From Chloroflexota bacterium (GTDB lineage Bacteria > Chloroflexota > Anaerolineae > JACRMK01): a stretch of 64,000 bases of DNA. Each line of letters starts with the position of its first letter. Position 1 is the first letter of the stretch. Under the pieces are notes generated by a model. It saw only the letters and a program-made list of their open reading frames with translations. It did not search any database and was not told the DNA's origin. Both the position numbers and the translations under genes were made by a program. Location: NCBI GenBank assembly GCA_016235055.1, contig JACRMK010000007.1, forward strand, positions 85,066 to 149,065, read 5' to 3'. Positions 18,433 to 28,416 of this stretch are shown one piece after another.

Positions 18433-21288
18433 ATGAGCATCACCCAGCTTCCGATTCAGCAAACCGCCGCCGGCGAGCGCATGCAGCAGTACCCGCCCGC
18501 CGCGCAGTGGGACGATTGGGTTGAGTGGGACCCGAAGCAGTGGCCGCGCAAGGCGGCGAAGCACTACACGCTCGTGCCGACGGTCTGCTTCAACTGCGAA
18601 GCCGCCTGCGGCCTGCTGGCGTATGTCGACCGGGAGACGATGCAGGTGCGCAAGTTCGAGGGCAACCCGGCGCACCCGGCCTCGCGCGGGCGCAACTGCG
18701 CCAAAGGCCCGGCCACGATCAACCAGGTGACCGACCCGGACCGCGTGCTCTACCCGCTCAAGCGCGCCGGCAAGCGCGGCGAGGGCAAGTGGGTGCGCGT
18801 CACGTGGGACGAGGCGCTCAAGGACATCGGCGCGCGCATCCGCAAGGCGATTGTCGAGGGCCGGCACAACGAGGTCATGTACCACGTCGGCCGCCCCGGC
18901 CATGACGGCGTGATGGAGTGGATCCTGCCGGCCTGGGGCCTCGACGGCCACAACTCGCACACCAACATCTGTTCGTCGGGCGCGCGCGCCGGCTACGCCT
19001 TCTGGATGGGCTTCGACCGCCCCAGCCCGGACCATGCCAACGCCAACGTCATCCTGCTGATCAGCAGCCACCTTGAAACGGGGCACTACTTCAACCCGCA
19101 CGCCCAGCGCATCATCGAGGGCAAGCTGGCCGGCGCGAAGCTGATCGTGATAGACACGCGCCTGTCGAACACGGCTTCGATGGCCGACAAGTGGATCGCG
19201 CCGTGGCCGGGCTCCGAGGCGGCGATCCTGCTCGCGATCGCCAACCACCTGATCACGACCGGGCAGTACAACCGCGACTTTGTGCGCACGTGGGTCAACT
19301 GGGAGCAATCGCTGAACGCGCTGAACGGCACCGAGGGCAAGAAGTATACCTTCGAAGAGTTCGAGGCCGCGCTGAAGCAGCAGTATGCTAATTACACCTT
19401 CGAGTTCGCGGCCAAAGAGTCGGGCGTCGACGCCGGCATTCTGCGCGGTATCGCGGCGGACGTGGCGAACTGCGGGGGTAAGCTGTCGGCGCACACCTGG
19501 CGCAGCGCCGCCTCGGGCAATCTCGGCGGCTGGCAGGTCGCGCGCTGCCTCTGGTTCCTGAACGTGCTGACCGGCAGCGTCGGCAACGCCGGCGGCACTT
19601 CGGCCAACGGGTGGGACAAGTACGTGCCGCGCATGCACAAGCAGGCGCCGCACGTCAAGCGCTGGAACGAGCTGAACTGGCCGCCCGAGTACGCGCTCAA
19701 CTACTTCGAGATGAGCATCCTCTTGCCGCATCTGCTGAAGGACAAGCGCGGCCGCCTCGAAGTCTACTTCACGCGCGTCTATAACCCGATGTGGACGAAC
19801 CCCGACGGCTTCACCTGGCTGGAGGCGCTGCGCGACGAGTCGATGATCGGTTGCCACGTCGCGCTAACGCCGACCTGGAACGAGTCGGCCTGGTGGGCCG
19901 ATTACGTCCTGCCGATGGGCCATGCGCCCGAGCGCCACGACCTGATGAGCCAGGAGACGCACGGCGGCCAGTGGATCGCCTTCCGCCAGCCGGTCCAGCG
20001 CGTGGCGATGGAGCGCATGGGCAAGCCGGTCGCCAAGACGTACGAGGCGAACCCGGGCCAGGTCTGGGAAGAGACCGAGTTCTGGGTCGACCTCTCGTGG
20101 GAGATCGATCCCGACGGCTCGCTTGGCATTCGCCAGTATTTCGAGTCGCCGTACCGCCCCGGCCAGAAGATCACGATGGACGAGTACTTCGGCTGGATGT
20201 TCGAGAACACGGTGCCCGGCCTGCCGGAAGCCGCCACGAAGGAAAGCCTGACGCCGTTACAGTACATGCGCAAGTACGGCGCGTTCGAGGTTCGTGCCGG
20301 CGCGGCCGGCGAGTTCGACCGCGCGCTGACCGCCGACGAGTTGCAGGGCACGCGCACCGACGAGTCCACCGGTATCGTCTACACGCAGGCGCCGGCGGGG
20401 CCGGCGAAGAACATCGTGCCCGCGCCGGCGCCGGTTGCGCATCCCGAGCTGGGCCGCCCGGTTGGCGTGGTCGCCGGGGGCGTGCCGAAGTTCGGCTTCC
20501 GCACGCCGTCACGCAAGCTGGAGTTCTACTCGACGACCGTGCGCGACTTCGGCTGGGGCGAGGTGGCGATGCCGGCGTACATTCACAGCCACGTCCACCC
20601 GTCGAACATCGACCGCGCGAAGAACGAGTTTGTCCTGCTCTCGACCTACCGCCTGCCGACGCTGATCCATACGCGCAGCGCCAACGCGAAATGGCTGGTC
20701 GAGATCTCGCACAGCAACCCGACCTGGGTGCACACCAGCGATGCCGCGCAGTTGGGCGTCGGCACCGGCGATCTGGTGCGCGTGACGACCGAGATCGGCT
20801 ATTTCGTGGACAAGGTCTGGGTGACGGAAGGCATCCGCCCCGGCGTCGTCGCCTGCTCGCATCACCTCGGCCGCTGGCGCCTGGCGGAAGGCGAGGGCAA
20901 CAACCGCATTGCCTCCGCGCTGGTCGAACTGTCGGAGTCGAACGGCGAGTGGCGGCTGAAGCAACTGCACGGCGTCCAGCCATACAAGTCGAGCGACCCG
21001 GACACCGAGCGCGTCTGGTGGACCGATGCCGGCGTGCACCAGAACCTGACGATGCCGGTCCAGCCCGACCCAATCAGCGGCATGCACTGCTGGCACCAGA
21101 AGGTGACGGTCACGAAGGCGCAGCCGGGCGACCGCTACGGCGACGTCTCGGTCGACACGCAGAAGGCGCACGAGGTCTACCAGCGCTGGCTGGCCATGAC
21201 GCGCCCGCCGACCGGCGAGTGGCGGCGGCCGCACTGGATGCTGCGCCCGTTCCGGCCCGATGTGAGCGTGTATAAGCGGGCGAAGTAA
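18433..21288 (+). CDS. Molybdopterin (bis-PGD) oxidoreductase catalytic subunit, Psr/Phs/Soe-like, without a Tat signal
   Basis: The N-terminal CFNCEAACG...C motif binds an FeS0 cluster. There is a probable Cys Mo ligand in HTNICSSGARAGY. The protein is 951 aa with no twin-arginine motif. Confidence 0.8.
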   Translation: MSITQLPIQQTAAGERMQQYPPAAQWDDWVEWDPKQWPRKAAKHYTLVPTVCFNCEAACGLLAYVDRETMQVRKFEGNPAHPASRGRNCAKGPATINQVTDPDRVLYPLKRAGKRGEGKWVRVTWDEALKDIGARIRKAIVEGRHNEVMYHVGRPGHDGVMEWILPAWGLDGHNSHTNICSSGARAGYAFWMGFDRPSPDHANANVILLISSHLETGHYFNPHAQRIIEGKLAGAKLIVIDTRLSNTASMADKWIAPWPGSEAAILLAIANHLITTGQYNRDFVRTWVNWEQSLNALNGTEGKKYTFEEFEAALKQQYANYTFEFAAKESGVDAGILRGIAADVANCGGKLSAHTWRSAASGNLGGWQVARCLWFLNVLTGSVGNAGGTSANGWDKYVPRMHKQAPHVKRWNELNWPPEYALNYFEMSILLPHLLKDKRGRLEVYFTRVYNPMWTNPDGFTWLEALRDESMIGCHVALTPTWNESAWWADYVLPMGHAPERHDLMSQETHGGQWIAFRQPVQRVAMERMGKPVAKTYEANPGQVWEETEFWVDLSWEIDPDGSLGIRQYFESPYRPGQKITMDEYFGWMFENTVPGLPEAATKESLTPLQYMRKYGAFEVRAGAAGEFDRALTADELQGTRTDESTGIVYTQAPAGPAKNIVPAPAPVAHPELGRPVGVVAGGVPKFGFRTPSRKLEFYSTTVRDFGWGEVAMPAYIHSHVHPSNIDRAKNEFVLLSTYRLPTLIHTRSANAKWLVEISHSNPTWVHTSDAAQLGVGTGDLVRVTTEIGYFVDKVWVTEGIRPGVVACSHHLGRWRLAEGEGNNRIASALVELSESNGEWRLKQLHGVQPYKSSDPDTERVWWTDAGVHQNLTMPVQPDPISGMHCWHQKVTVTKAQPGDRYGDVSVDTQKAHEVYQRWLAMTRPPTGEWRRPHWMLRPFRPDVSVYKRAK

Positions 21289-21373
21289 CACCGAGCGGGC
21301 GACACGGCTTCACGCGCGAAACGTCTGAACTGCCGCTTGACGACACAAAACCCGACCAAAGGAATCTGCCGCT

Positions 21374-21886
21374 ATGCCCAATCCAGCGCATATCCTCATC
21401 CTCTACGCACCGGACAAAAAGATGGTCAACGACCTCGCGCAGGCGACCGCCGAGGGTGCGCAGTCGGTCAAGCGCGCCGAGGTATCGTTGCAGACGCCGA
21501 AGCGCACGACCAAAGCCGACCTCGTCGCCGCCGATGCGCTGATCATCGGCACGCCGAACTGGACCGGCATTAAAGGCTCGCTCAAGCTGTATCTCGATAA
21601 CACGGGCGACCTGTGGGAGGAGCATGTCCTCGCCGGCAAGGTCGGCGCGGCGTTCACCGCAAGCGACGGACGGCACTCCGGCACCGAGTTCACCCTGCTC
21701 ACCGTCCTGCACTGGATGCTCGGCAACGGCATGGTCATTGTCGGCCTGCCGTGGACACCGGTCATGGCGCGCTCCGGATCGTACTACGGCGCAACGGCGG
21801 CGGGCGAAATCACGGCGGAAGATCTGGACCAGGGGCGCGCGCTCGGCCGCCGCGTCGCCGAGTACACCGTGCGCCTCAAGAAGTAA
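21374..21886 (+). CDS. WrbA-type flavodoxin-like NAD(P)H:quinone oxidoreductase
   Basis: It has a flavodoxin-like fold signature (ILILYAP...GTPNWTG) and is about 170 aa. Confidence 0.7.
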   Translation: MPNPAHILILYAPDKKMVNDLAQATAEGAQSVKRAEVSLQTPKRTTKADLVAADALIIGTPNWTGIKGSLKLYLDNTGDLWEEHVLAGKVGAAFTASDGRHSGTEFTLLTVLHWMLGNGMVIVGLPWTPVMARSGSYYGATAAGEITAEDLDQGRALGRRVAEYTVRLKK

Positions 21887-21895
21887 GGAGACCCC

Positions 21896-22468
21896 ATGCG
21901 CACACTCTATCTCGTCCGCCACGGCAACTACATTCCTGAGCAGGACTCGCCGGACGACCTGGCCAACGGCCTGACTGCGCTCGGCCGCCGCCAGGCCAAG
22001 CTCGCGGCAAAACGACTGGCCCGCCTGCCGATTGCGGCCATCCATCACAGCGACCTGCGCCGCGCCGCCGAAACGGCGCAGATCATCTCCGCCGCGCTGC
22101 CGGATGTGCCGTGCCGCGCGACCCGCATGCTGCGCGAGTGCCTGCCGGGCATGCCGGCCGGCATGGACGAGTCCTTCGCCGATGTGCCGGCCGACGAACT
22201 GGCCGACGGCGTGGCGCAGATCGACGCCGTCTTCGCCCGCTACTTCAAGCCGTCGCGCGGCGAGCGCCATGAAATCATTGTCGCGCATGGCAACCTGATC
22301 CGCGCGCTGGTCCTGCGCGCGCTGGGCGCGCCCGGTGAGTTGTGGATGAACCTCGACATCCACCAGTGCGGTATCAGCATCGTGCAGATCGTTCCCACCG
22401 GCGAGGCGCAGCTGCTGGCACACAACGACACCGGCCATCTGCCGCCGAATCTGCTCACGTTCATCTAG
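21896..22468 (+). CDS. Histidine phosphatase (phosphoglycerate mutase-like) family protein
   Basis: It has the LVRHGN catalytic RHG motif and a downstream conserved His (AHGNLIRAL). Confidence 0.75.
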   Translation: MRTLYLVRHGNYIPEQDSPDDLANGLTALGRRQAKLAAKRLARLPIAAIHHSDLRRAAETAQIISAALPDVPCRATRMLRECLPGMPAGMDESFADVPADELADGVAQIDAVFARYFKPSRGERHEIIVAHGNLIRALVLRALGAPGELWMNLDIHQCGISIVQIVPTGEAQLLAHNDTGHLPPNLLTFI

Positions 22469-22493
22469 CACACGCCGGCGGTGACAACATGTT

Positions 22494-22599
22494 CGTCATT
22501 CCGGCATGAATTTGGCCGGAATCCACTCGGCGGAGCACCGCAAGAATTCGCGGGCTGGTGATTGAAGTGGATGCCGGCTTACTACGTGCCGGCATGACG
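22494..22599. mobile_element. MITE-like element, family A, copy 1 (TIRs CGTCATTCCGGC / GCCGGCATGACG)
   Basis: About 106 bp with terminal inverted repeats and subterminal hairpins. Homologous copies are at 30885-30989 and 47635-48010. Confidence 0.7.
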
Positions 22600-22722
22600 A
22601 TCCTGATCGCATCGGGCGCTTGCTCGCCAGTGTGAGTTCTCACCCGCGTCCGCCCGTAATCCGCGCTATAATCGAATCATGTCTCTCGTGTCCCGCGGGT
22701 TCGCGGTGGTGCTGCGCGCGCT

Positions 22723-23688
22723 ATGAATGACGCCGAGCGCTGGGCGTGCCTGTCGCGCCTCTGGCTGCACGAGCCGGACGCGGCAGCGCTTGCGGCGTGG
22801 CGCGCGCTTGCGCCGCAGGAACCGCGCGGCGAATCGTCCGAGTTGGCCCCGGCCTACGCCGACCTCTTTCTGCTCAACGTGTGGCCGTATGGCACGGCGT
22901 ACACCGATCATTGGGGCGAGATCAACACGGCCGAGGCGCAATCGACAGCGGCGCTTTTCGCGCAGGCCGGTTACGCGCCGCGCGAATTGTCCGAGGTTGG
23001 CGCGCCCGACCATCTTGGCCTCTGCCTCGGCTTGCTGTCGCACCTGGTCCGCGATCGGGCAGAGGCGTCGGCGTCGTTCCTATCGCATCTGGCGGCGTGG
23101 GCGCCGCTGTGCTGTTTCGCCGCCGAGCGCGATCCATCGGCGCACGCGTTCTATCGCGCGCTGGCACGCTTGACGCGCGAGGCGGTGCTGGACGAGGCGC
23201 AGGCGCGCCTCGCTCGTGCGGCGTCCGTGGCCGGGCTGCCGTTGCCGGCAGACGGTGGCGTGGCGTCCGCTGACGAAGTGCGCGTGCGCGACATCGTGCG
23301 CTTCCTGCTGGCACCGGCGCGCTGCGGCCTGTTCCTGTCGCGCGCGCGGCTCGGCAGCATGGCGCGTTCGCTCGATCTGCGCCTGCCGTTCGGGTCGCGC
23401 TTCGACGTGGCGCAGTGGCTGCTGACCGGCGCGGGCGAGGGCGGCCGCCTGTATGACCTGCTTGCGCTCCTGCGCGCCGATACCGAGAGCTGGGCCGACG
23501 CCTACGGTGCGTGGGCCGCGCGCTGGCCGGTGTGGTCCGCTTCGTCAACGCTCTGGCAGTGCCGCATCGAAACGACCCGCCGCCTGCTCGATCAGATGGA
23601 GCAGCAGGCGCGCGAGGGAGTGCCCGTGGAATTCGCCGCGCCGGGCGACGAGGAGCCGTCCGCTGGCGGTTTGCCCGATGGGGCGTGA
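22723..23688 (+). CDS. TorD/DmsD-family redox-enzyme maturation chaperone with a ~170-aa C-terminal extension
   Basis: The N-terminal pattern ACLSRLWLHEPDAAALAAW is typical of TorD-like chaperones. A TATAAT -10 box lies upstream at about 22668. Confidence 0.55.
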   Translation: MNDAERWACLSRLWLHEPDAAALAAWRALAPQEPRGESSELAPAYADLFLLNVWPYGTAYTDHWGEINTAEAQSTAALFAQAGYAPRELSEVGAPDHLGLCLGLLSHLVRDRAEASASFLSHLAAWAPLCCFAAERDPSAHAFYRALARLTREAVLDEAQARLARAASVAGLPLPADGGVASADEVRVRDIVRFLLAPARCGLFLSRARLGSMARSLDLRLPFGSRFDVAQWLLTGAGEGGRLYDLLALLRADTESWADAYGAWAARWPVWSASSTLWQCRIETTRRLLDQMEQQAREGVPVEFAAPGDEEPSAGGLPDGA

Positions 23689-23706
23689 ACGCGAAAGGAC
23701 TGACTT

Positions 23707-24267
23707 ATGACGACGAAAAAAGTTGTTGCGCTGGTGCTGGTGACGAACTTGCTCTGCCTGGTGGTGCTGGGCGGCATCATGCTGTCGACGCCGAAAGCGC
23801 AAGCGAGCGCGCCGGCGACGGCTTCGCTGGTCGGGCCGTACTACATTACCTTCTCGGGAGCGGATTTCCATTCTTACAGTGATAGTTTCGCCATCACACG
23901 GGCCGCGTATGCCGTGGTGCGCAATACGTCATATGGCATTGGCGTGGCCGGCCTGCATCTACCCAGCGGGGCGGTGTTGGCGCAGGTTGCCAACGATAGC
24001 GATGTCGTGTCCGTTGGCGGCAGCAAGACACAGGTGCTTGTGCTCGCGTGCCCGATTGGTGATATCAATTGCCCGGAACTGGGCCGTGCTGAGCAGACCA
24101 CATGGGGCCGCCACACGGCCACCGGTTCGCTCGGCAATGTGACAGTGGATGACCAGAACAAGGCTTACTTCGTGCAGGTCAATTTGCCTGACGATAGCTC
24201 CTTCTTCTATGCACGCATAGAATACAGCCTGCCGGCCCCGGTCTTCCTGCCGGCGATCATGCGTTAG
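23707..24267 (+). CDS. Hypothetical exported/membrane-anchored protein
   Basis: It has an N-terminal signal-anchor helix. No family is recognised. Confidence 0.45.
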   Translation: MTTKKVVALVLVTNLLCLVVLGGIMLSTPKAQASAPATASLVGPYYITFSGADFHSYSDSFAITRAAYAVVRNTSYGIGVAGLHLPSGAVLAQVANDSDVVSVGGSKTQVLVLACPIGDINCPELGRAEQTTWGRHTATGSLGNVTVDDQNKAYFVQVNLPDDSSFFYARIEYSLPAPVFLPAIMR

Positions 24268-24284
24268 TTTCGCTGCATTGGCAC

Positions 24285-25292
24285 GTGGCCATGAACAATA
24301 CGAACCCGACGCCGCACCCGCCGGCCGGCGACGAGCCGGTCTGGACCTTCCGCGGCTACACGATGCGCCCTGCGGAGTTCAACACCGCGATGGTGCACTT
24401 CTATCGCGCCGAAATCCAGCGCGCGAACACCTGGCGCAACCGCCTCGACACGACGACCAACTGGGCGATCATCACCGCCGGCGCGGCAATCTCGTTCTCG
24501 CTGAGCGAGCCGAGCCGCCATCACGGCCTGCTCCTGCTGAACATCGCGCTGATCGTCATCCTCCTGTTCATCGAGGCGCGCCGCTACCGCTACTACGAGT
24601 TGTGGAGCCAGCGCACGCGCCTGATGGAGACGGAGTTCTTCGCGGCGATGCTGGTGCCGCCGTTCGCGCCGTCGCCGGAATGGGCCGGCGCGCTGGCAGC
24701 GTCGCTGCTGAAACCGAAGTTCCCGATCAGCACGTGGGAAGCGGTCGGCCGCCGCCTGCGCCGCAACTACTTCGCCATCTTCGCCGTGCTGATCCTGGCC
24801 TGGCTGTTCAAGAATTATACTCAACCGCAGGCCCTCGAGTTTCCTGCGCCGGTGACGTGGGGCAGCTTTGTCGCCAATGCACGCATTGGCACCTTGCCGG
24901 GGGAACTGGTGATCTCCGCGCTCGTGCTCTTTTCGCTGCTGCTGGTCATCACCGGCATCGCGACGACGGCCTTGCAGAATGCGCCGGGCGAGGTGTTGCC
25001 GGAGCAGAGCCTGATGGAGCGCCTGCATTTGACCAAAGAGCGCAAGAAGCACGCGCCGCCGTCCGCGCCGCCACGGGCCGGCCGTTTTGTCGCGCTCATC
25101 GTATCGGCAAATGGCGCGGCCGTCAGCGCGCGGGTGCGCACCGACCTGGGGTGCGACCTGTCGCCCATGAACGGCGACGGACAGCCGTCGGTGCTGGTCG
25201 GCACGCTGCCCGGCGGCGAGGTCGAGCGCTTCCGGCGCGCGGCCGCCGCCGCTGATCCGGCGGCAACGGTCGTGGTGATGCCGACCGCTTGA
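24285..25292 (+). CDS. DUF2270 family membrane protein with a C-terminal extension
   Basis: It has the YRAEIQRANTWRNRLD motif followed by TM helices. Confidence 0.6.
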   Translation: MAMNNTNPTPHPPAGDEPVWTFRGYTMRPAEFNTAMVHFYRAEIQRANTWRNRLDTTTNWAIITAGAAISFSLSEPSRHHGLLLLNIALIVILLFIEARRYRYYELWSQRTRLMETEFFAAMLVPPFAPSPEWAGALAASLLKPKFPISTWEAVGRRLRRNYFAIFAVLILAWLFKNYTQPQALEFPAPVTWGSFVANARIGTLPGELVISALVLFSLLLVITGIATTALQNAPGEVLPEQSLMERLHLTKERKKHAPPSAPPRAGRFVALIVSANGAAVSARVRTDLGCDLSPMNGDGQPSVLVGTLPGGEVERFRRAAAAADPAATVVVMPTA

Positions 25293-25328
25293 GTGAGGCG
25301 CTGTTTGGCGCGTGGGAGGGAGCAGGTC

Positions 25329-26174
25329 ATGAGTGTCATCGTGTTTCTAGTGGCGACGTTTCTGGTATCTGTCGGCGCCGGTATCTTCGGCGCGCTGCTC
25401 GGTCTGGGCGGCGGCGCCATTCTGGTGCCGATCCTGACGCTGGTGCTCGGTATCAACATCCATTACGCCATCGGCGCGAGCATCGTGTCGGTCATCGCGA
25501 CCTCGTCGGGCGCGGCGGCCGCCTATCTGCGCGACGGCGTGACCAACATGCGGGTCGCGATGTTCCTGGAGATGGCGACGACCGTCGGCGCGATCACCGG
25601 CGCGTTCGTCGCCGTCTACATCGGCGGGCCGGGCCTGTTCATCGTGTTCGGTCTCGTACTGTTGTATTCCGCGCTGGCCATGTTCCGCCGCCGCAACACC
25701 GAGCTGCCGGTCGGCGTCCAGATGGGGCCGCTGGCGAACTTCCTGCACCTGGGCAGCTCGTACTACGATACGGCGCTGCATCAGGAGGTGACGTACAACG
25801 TGCGCGGCGCGCGCTACGGCCTGCCGCTCATGTTCGTGGCCGGCGCGGTGTCGGGCCTGCTCGGCATCGGCAGCGGCGTGCTCAAGGTGCCCGCCATGGA
25901 CATCGCGATGAAGCTGCCGATGAAGGTCTCGACGGCCACGAGCAACCTGATGATCGGCGTGACGGCGGCCGCCAGCGCGGGCGTCTACTTCATGCGCGGC
26001 CAGATCAACCCGTTCATCGCCGCGCCGGTCGCGCTCGGTGTGCTGATCGGCGCGACCATCGGCACCCGCATCATGATGCGCACGCGCAGCACGCAGTTGC
26101 GCTGGGTGTTTATCATCGTCCTGGTGTTCACGGCCGCGCAGATGCTGGTGAAGGGCCTGGGGATCCAATTCTGA
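25329..26174 (+). CDS. TSUP (TauE/SafE, DUF81) family anion exporter
   Basis: It has two 4-TM repeats and GxGGG motifs. The RBS is GGGAGGGAG. Confidence 0.8.
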   Translation: MSVIVFLVATFLVSVGAGIFGALLGLGGGAILVPILTLVLGINIHYAIGASIVSVIATSSGAAAAYLRDGVTNMRVAMFLEMATTVGAITGAFVAVYIGGPGLFIVFGLVLLYSALAMFRRRNTELPVGVQMGPLANFLHLGSSYYDTALHQEVTYNVRGARYGLPLMFVAGAVSGLLGIGSGVLKVPAMDIAMKLPMKVSTATSNLMIGVTAAASAGVYFMRGQINPFIAAPVALGVLIGATIGTRIMMRTRSTQLRWVFIIVLVFTAAQMLVKGLGIQF

Positions 26175-26175
26175 T

Positions 26176-26613
26176 ATGAACGAGCATGGTGATGCCGTCC
26201 ACGACACGACGGCCGAGCTTCTCAAGATCGAATTGTTCATCGCGCAGTTGCTGCGCATCGGCGTGCTGATCAGCTTCGTTATCGTGCTGATCGGCATCGT
26301 CGGGGTCATTGTGACCGACCAGACCGGCTACCACACGATCAACCTGAACGACCTGGACAGCATCATCGCGTACCGCGCAGGGCATCCCGACTTTCCGAAT
26401 ACCGTCGGCGATGTGCTGAGCGGCGTGCTCGGCTTCAAGCCGTACGCCGTGATCTCGCTGGGCCTGCTGGTGCTGATCGCGATACCGGTCGTGCGCGTGG
26501 CGGTGTCGATCGCTGCGTTCATGCGCCAGCGCGACTGGCTGTACGTCGGCATCACCGTCTTCGTGCTGGTGATGCTGCTGCTGAGCTTCGCACTGGGCGA
26601 GGCGGGCGGCTAG
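26176..26613 (+). CDS. DUF1634 membrane protein (a common TSUP partner)
   Basis: It is small and polytopic, and it is translationally coupled to the TSUP gene. Confidence 0.6.
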   Translation: MNEHGDAVHDTTAELLKIELFIAQLLRIGVLISFVIVLIGIVGVIVTDQTGYHTINLNDLDSIIAYRAGHPDFPNTVGDVLSGVLGFKPYAVISLGLLVLIAIPVVRVAVSIAAFMRQRDWLYVGITVFVLVMLLLSFALGEAGG

Positions 26614-26784
26614 CCGCCGGACGGGCGCGGCCCACGGCTGCGGTTCACAGCGCGCGGTGATTTGGCGTCTTGCCACTGGCCCGCCGGGTTTCCAATGCCC
26701 GGTGGGTCTATCCAATTTTACGCGCGCGAGCCACGTTTACGCCTGCACCGAGTGTACCGACACCAGCGGGACAGGGGAATCGCG

Positions 26785-27188
26785 TCAGCGCGGGTACGTC
26801 GGCGTCACGTCCGGCTCGATCTGATAACCGTTGGCGACGCGGTTGGTGGCGTTAAACGCCGCGATCACCGTGTACAACTCGCCCAGCATCTCCTCGTCGA
26901 GCCCGAGCTTCTGCGCGGCGGCCGTGTGCGAATGCAGGCAGTACGCGCAGTTGTTGGTCGCGCTGACGGCGATGGCGATCATCTCCTTCGTCAGCGGGTC
27001 GATGCGCCCGGGCTTCAGTGCGTTCTTCACCATCTCCCACATCTGCTTCAGCAGGGACGGCGAGGTAGCGATCATCTTCCAGAAATTGTTGACCGCCTTC
27101 ACCTTGCGCGATGCCATGATATCGTCATAGACCGCGCGCACCTCGGGGCCGGCGTCGGCGTATTCGACCAGTCTGACCAGTGCCATGT
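26785..27188 (-). CDS. Carboxymuconolactone decarboxylase (AhpD-like) family protein
   Basis: It has the CxxH motif (NNCAYCLHSHT). AAGGAG is the RBS. Confidence 0.8.
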
Positions 27189-27448
27189 TGTCGCTCCTTG
27201 CTTGGGGGATGACGCGATTATAGACGGCGCGGTGCGGCGCGCCAAACATGGGCGGCGCATGAACCATTCGGAAAGCCGTCTCCGCGCCAGTCGCGTGCCG
27301 CGAACTGGTCGTGGTTCTTGCGTCGCTCGCGTACCCTGAGCCTGTCGACGGGTGGCAGCATCGTCGGCTATTCGCCGCCACGTACGGGCACAGGTATAAT
27401 TTCCGCCAATAGCGGGTGTCGCCCGCAATCCATCCGGAGCACAAAGCC

Positions 27449-28402
27449 ATGAGTCAATCCCTGCCTGCGTTCGACCACCTGCCATTCAAACCCGGCAACC
27501 CGCCGCGCTCGTCGTGGGGGCTGTGGGGCAATGACGACCAACTCGGCACAATCAACCTGCTGACGCCGGAGCGCGTCGCCGCCGCCGCGAAACTGGTGCG
27601 TAAGGGCGTGACGTTCGCGCTCAACTGGGAACTGGAGAAGCCGAGCACGCCGCTCTTTTTCCGCCAGACCCTGCGCCACACGATCACCAATCGGCGCGGC
27701 GCCGGGCATGACGACATCTACGACAGCTTCAACACGCAAGCCAGCACGCAGTGGGACGGGTTGACGCACGTCGGGCACCCCGACTACGGCTTCTATAACG
27801 GCGTGACCAATGAGCAGATCACCGGCGAGCCGGGCACGCGCAACGGTATCGAGCACTGGGCGCGGCGCGGCATCGCCGGGCGCGGCGTGCTGGTCGATTT
27901 TGCGCGCTGGGCGCGCGCCGGCGGCGTGACGTACGACGCCGGCAGCGATTACCGCATCACGGTCGCGCAGATTCAGGAAGCCGCCCGGTCGCAGGCTGTG
28001 ACGTTCCAGACCGGCGACATCCTGCTCTTCCGTACCGGCTGGATGGAGTGGTACCTCGCCCAGTCCGACAAGGCGCGGTTCGATTTGGGACACTCGACGG
28101 CGTTCACCTGCCCCGGACTGGCGCAGAACGAGGACACGCTGCGCTTCCTGTGGGACAACCACTTTGCGGCGGTCGCCTCGGACAACACCTCGGTCGAGGC
28201 GTGGCCGCCCGATCCGAAGTTCGGCTTTCTGCATCGCACGCTGATCCCGCTGTTCGGCCTGCCGCTCGGCGAGATGTTCAACCTCGAACCGCTCGCCGCC
28301 GCCTGCGCCGCGGACGGCGTGCACGAGTTCTTCTTTACGTCTGCGCCGCTGAACAAGCTGGGCGGCGTGGCCAGTCCGCCCAACGCGCTGGCAATCAAGT
28401 AG
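27449..28402 (+). CDS. Cyclase family protein (kynurenine formamidase-like)
   Basis: It has the TQWDGLTHVG motif of the cyclase family. A TATAAT -10 box lies upstream. Confidence 0.75.
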   Translation: MSQSLPAFDHLPFKPGNPPRSSWGLWGNDDQLGTINLLTPERVAAAAKLVRKGVTFALNWELEKPSTPLFFRQTLRHTITNRRGAGHDDIYDSFNTQASTQWDGLTHVGHPDYGFYNGVTNEQITGEPGTRNGIEHWARRGIAGRGVLVDFARWARAGGVTYDAGSDYRITVAQIQEAARSQAVTFQTGDILLFRTGWMEWYLAQSDKARFDLGHSTAFTCPGLAQNEDTLRFLWDNHFAAVASDNTSVEAWPPDPKFGFLHRTLIPLFGLPLGEMFNLEPLAAACAADGVHEFFFTSAPLNKLGGVASPPNALAIK

Positions 28403-28416
28403 CAACTAGCGACTAG

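Noticed and set aside
18262-21275. Overlapping ORFs 18262-19857 (-) and 19791-21275 (+, out of frame)
   Set aside because: Both lie within the single uninterrupted 951-codon molybdoenzyme catalytic-subunit frame. They are alternative-frame artefacts of the high GC.
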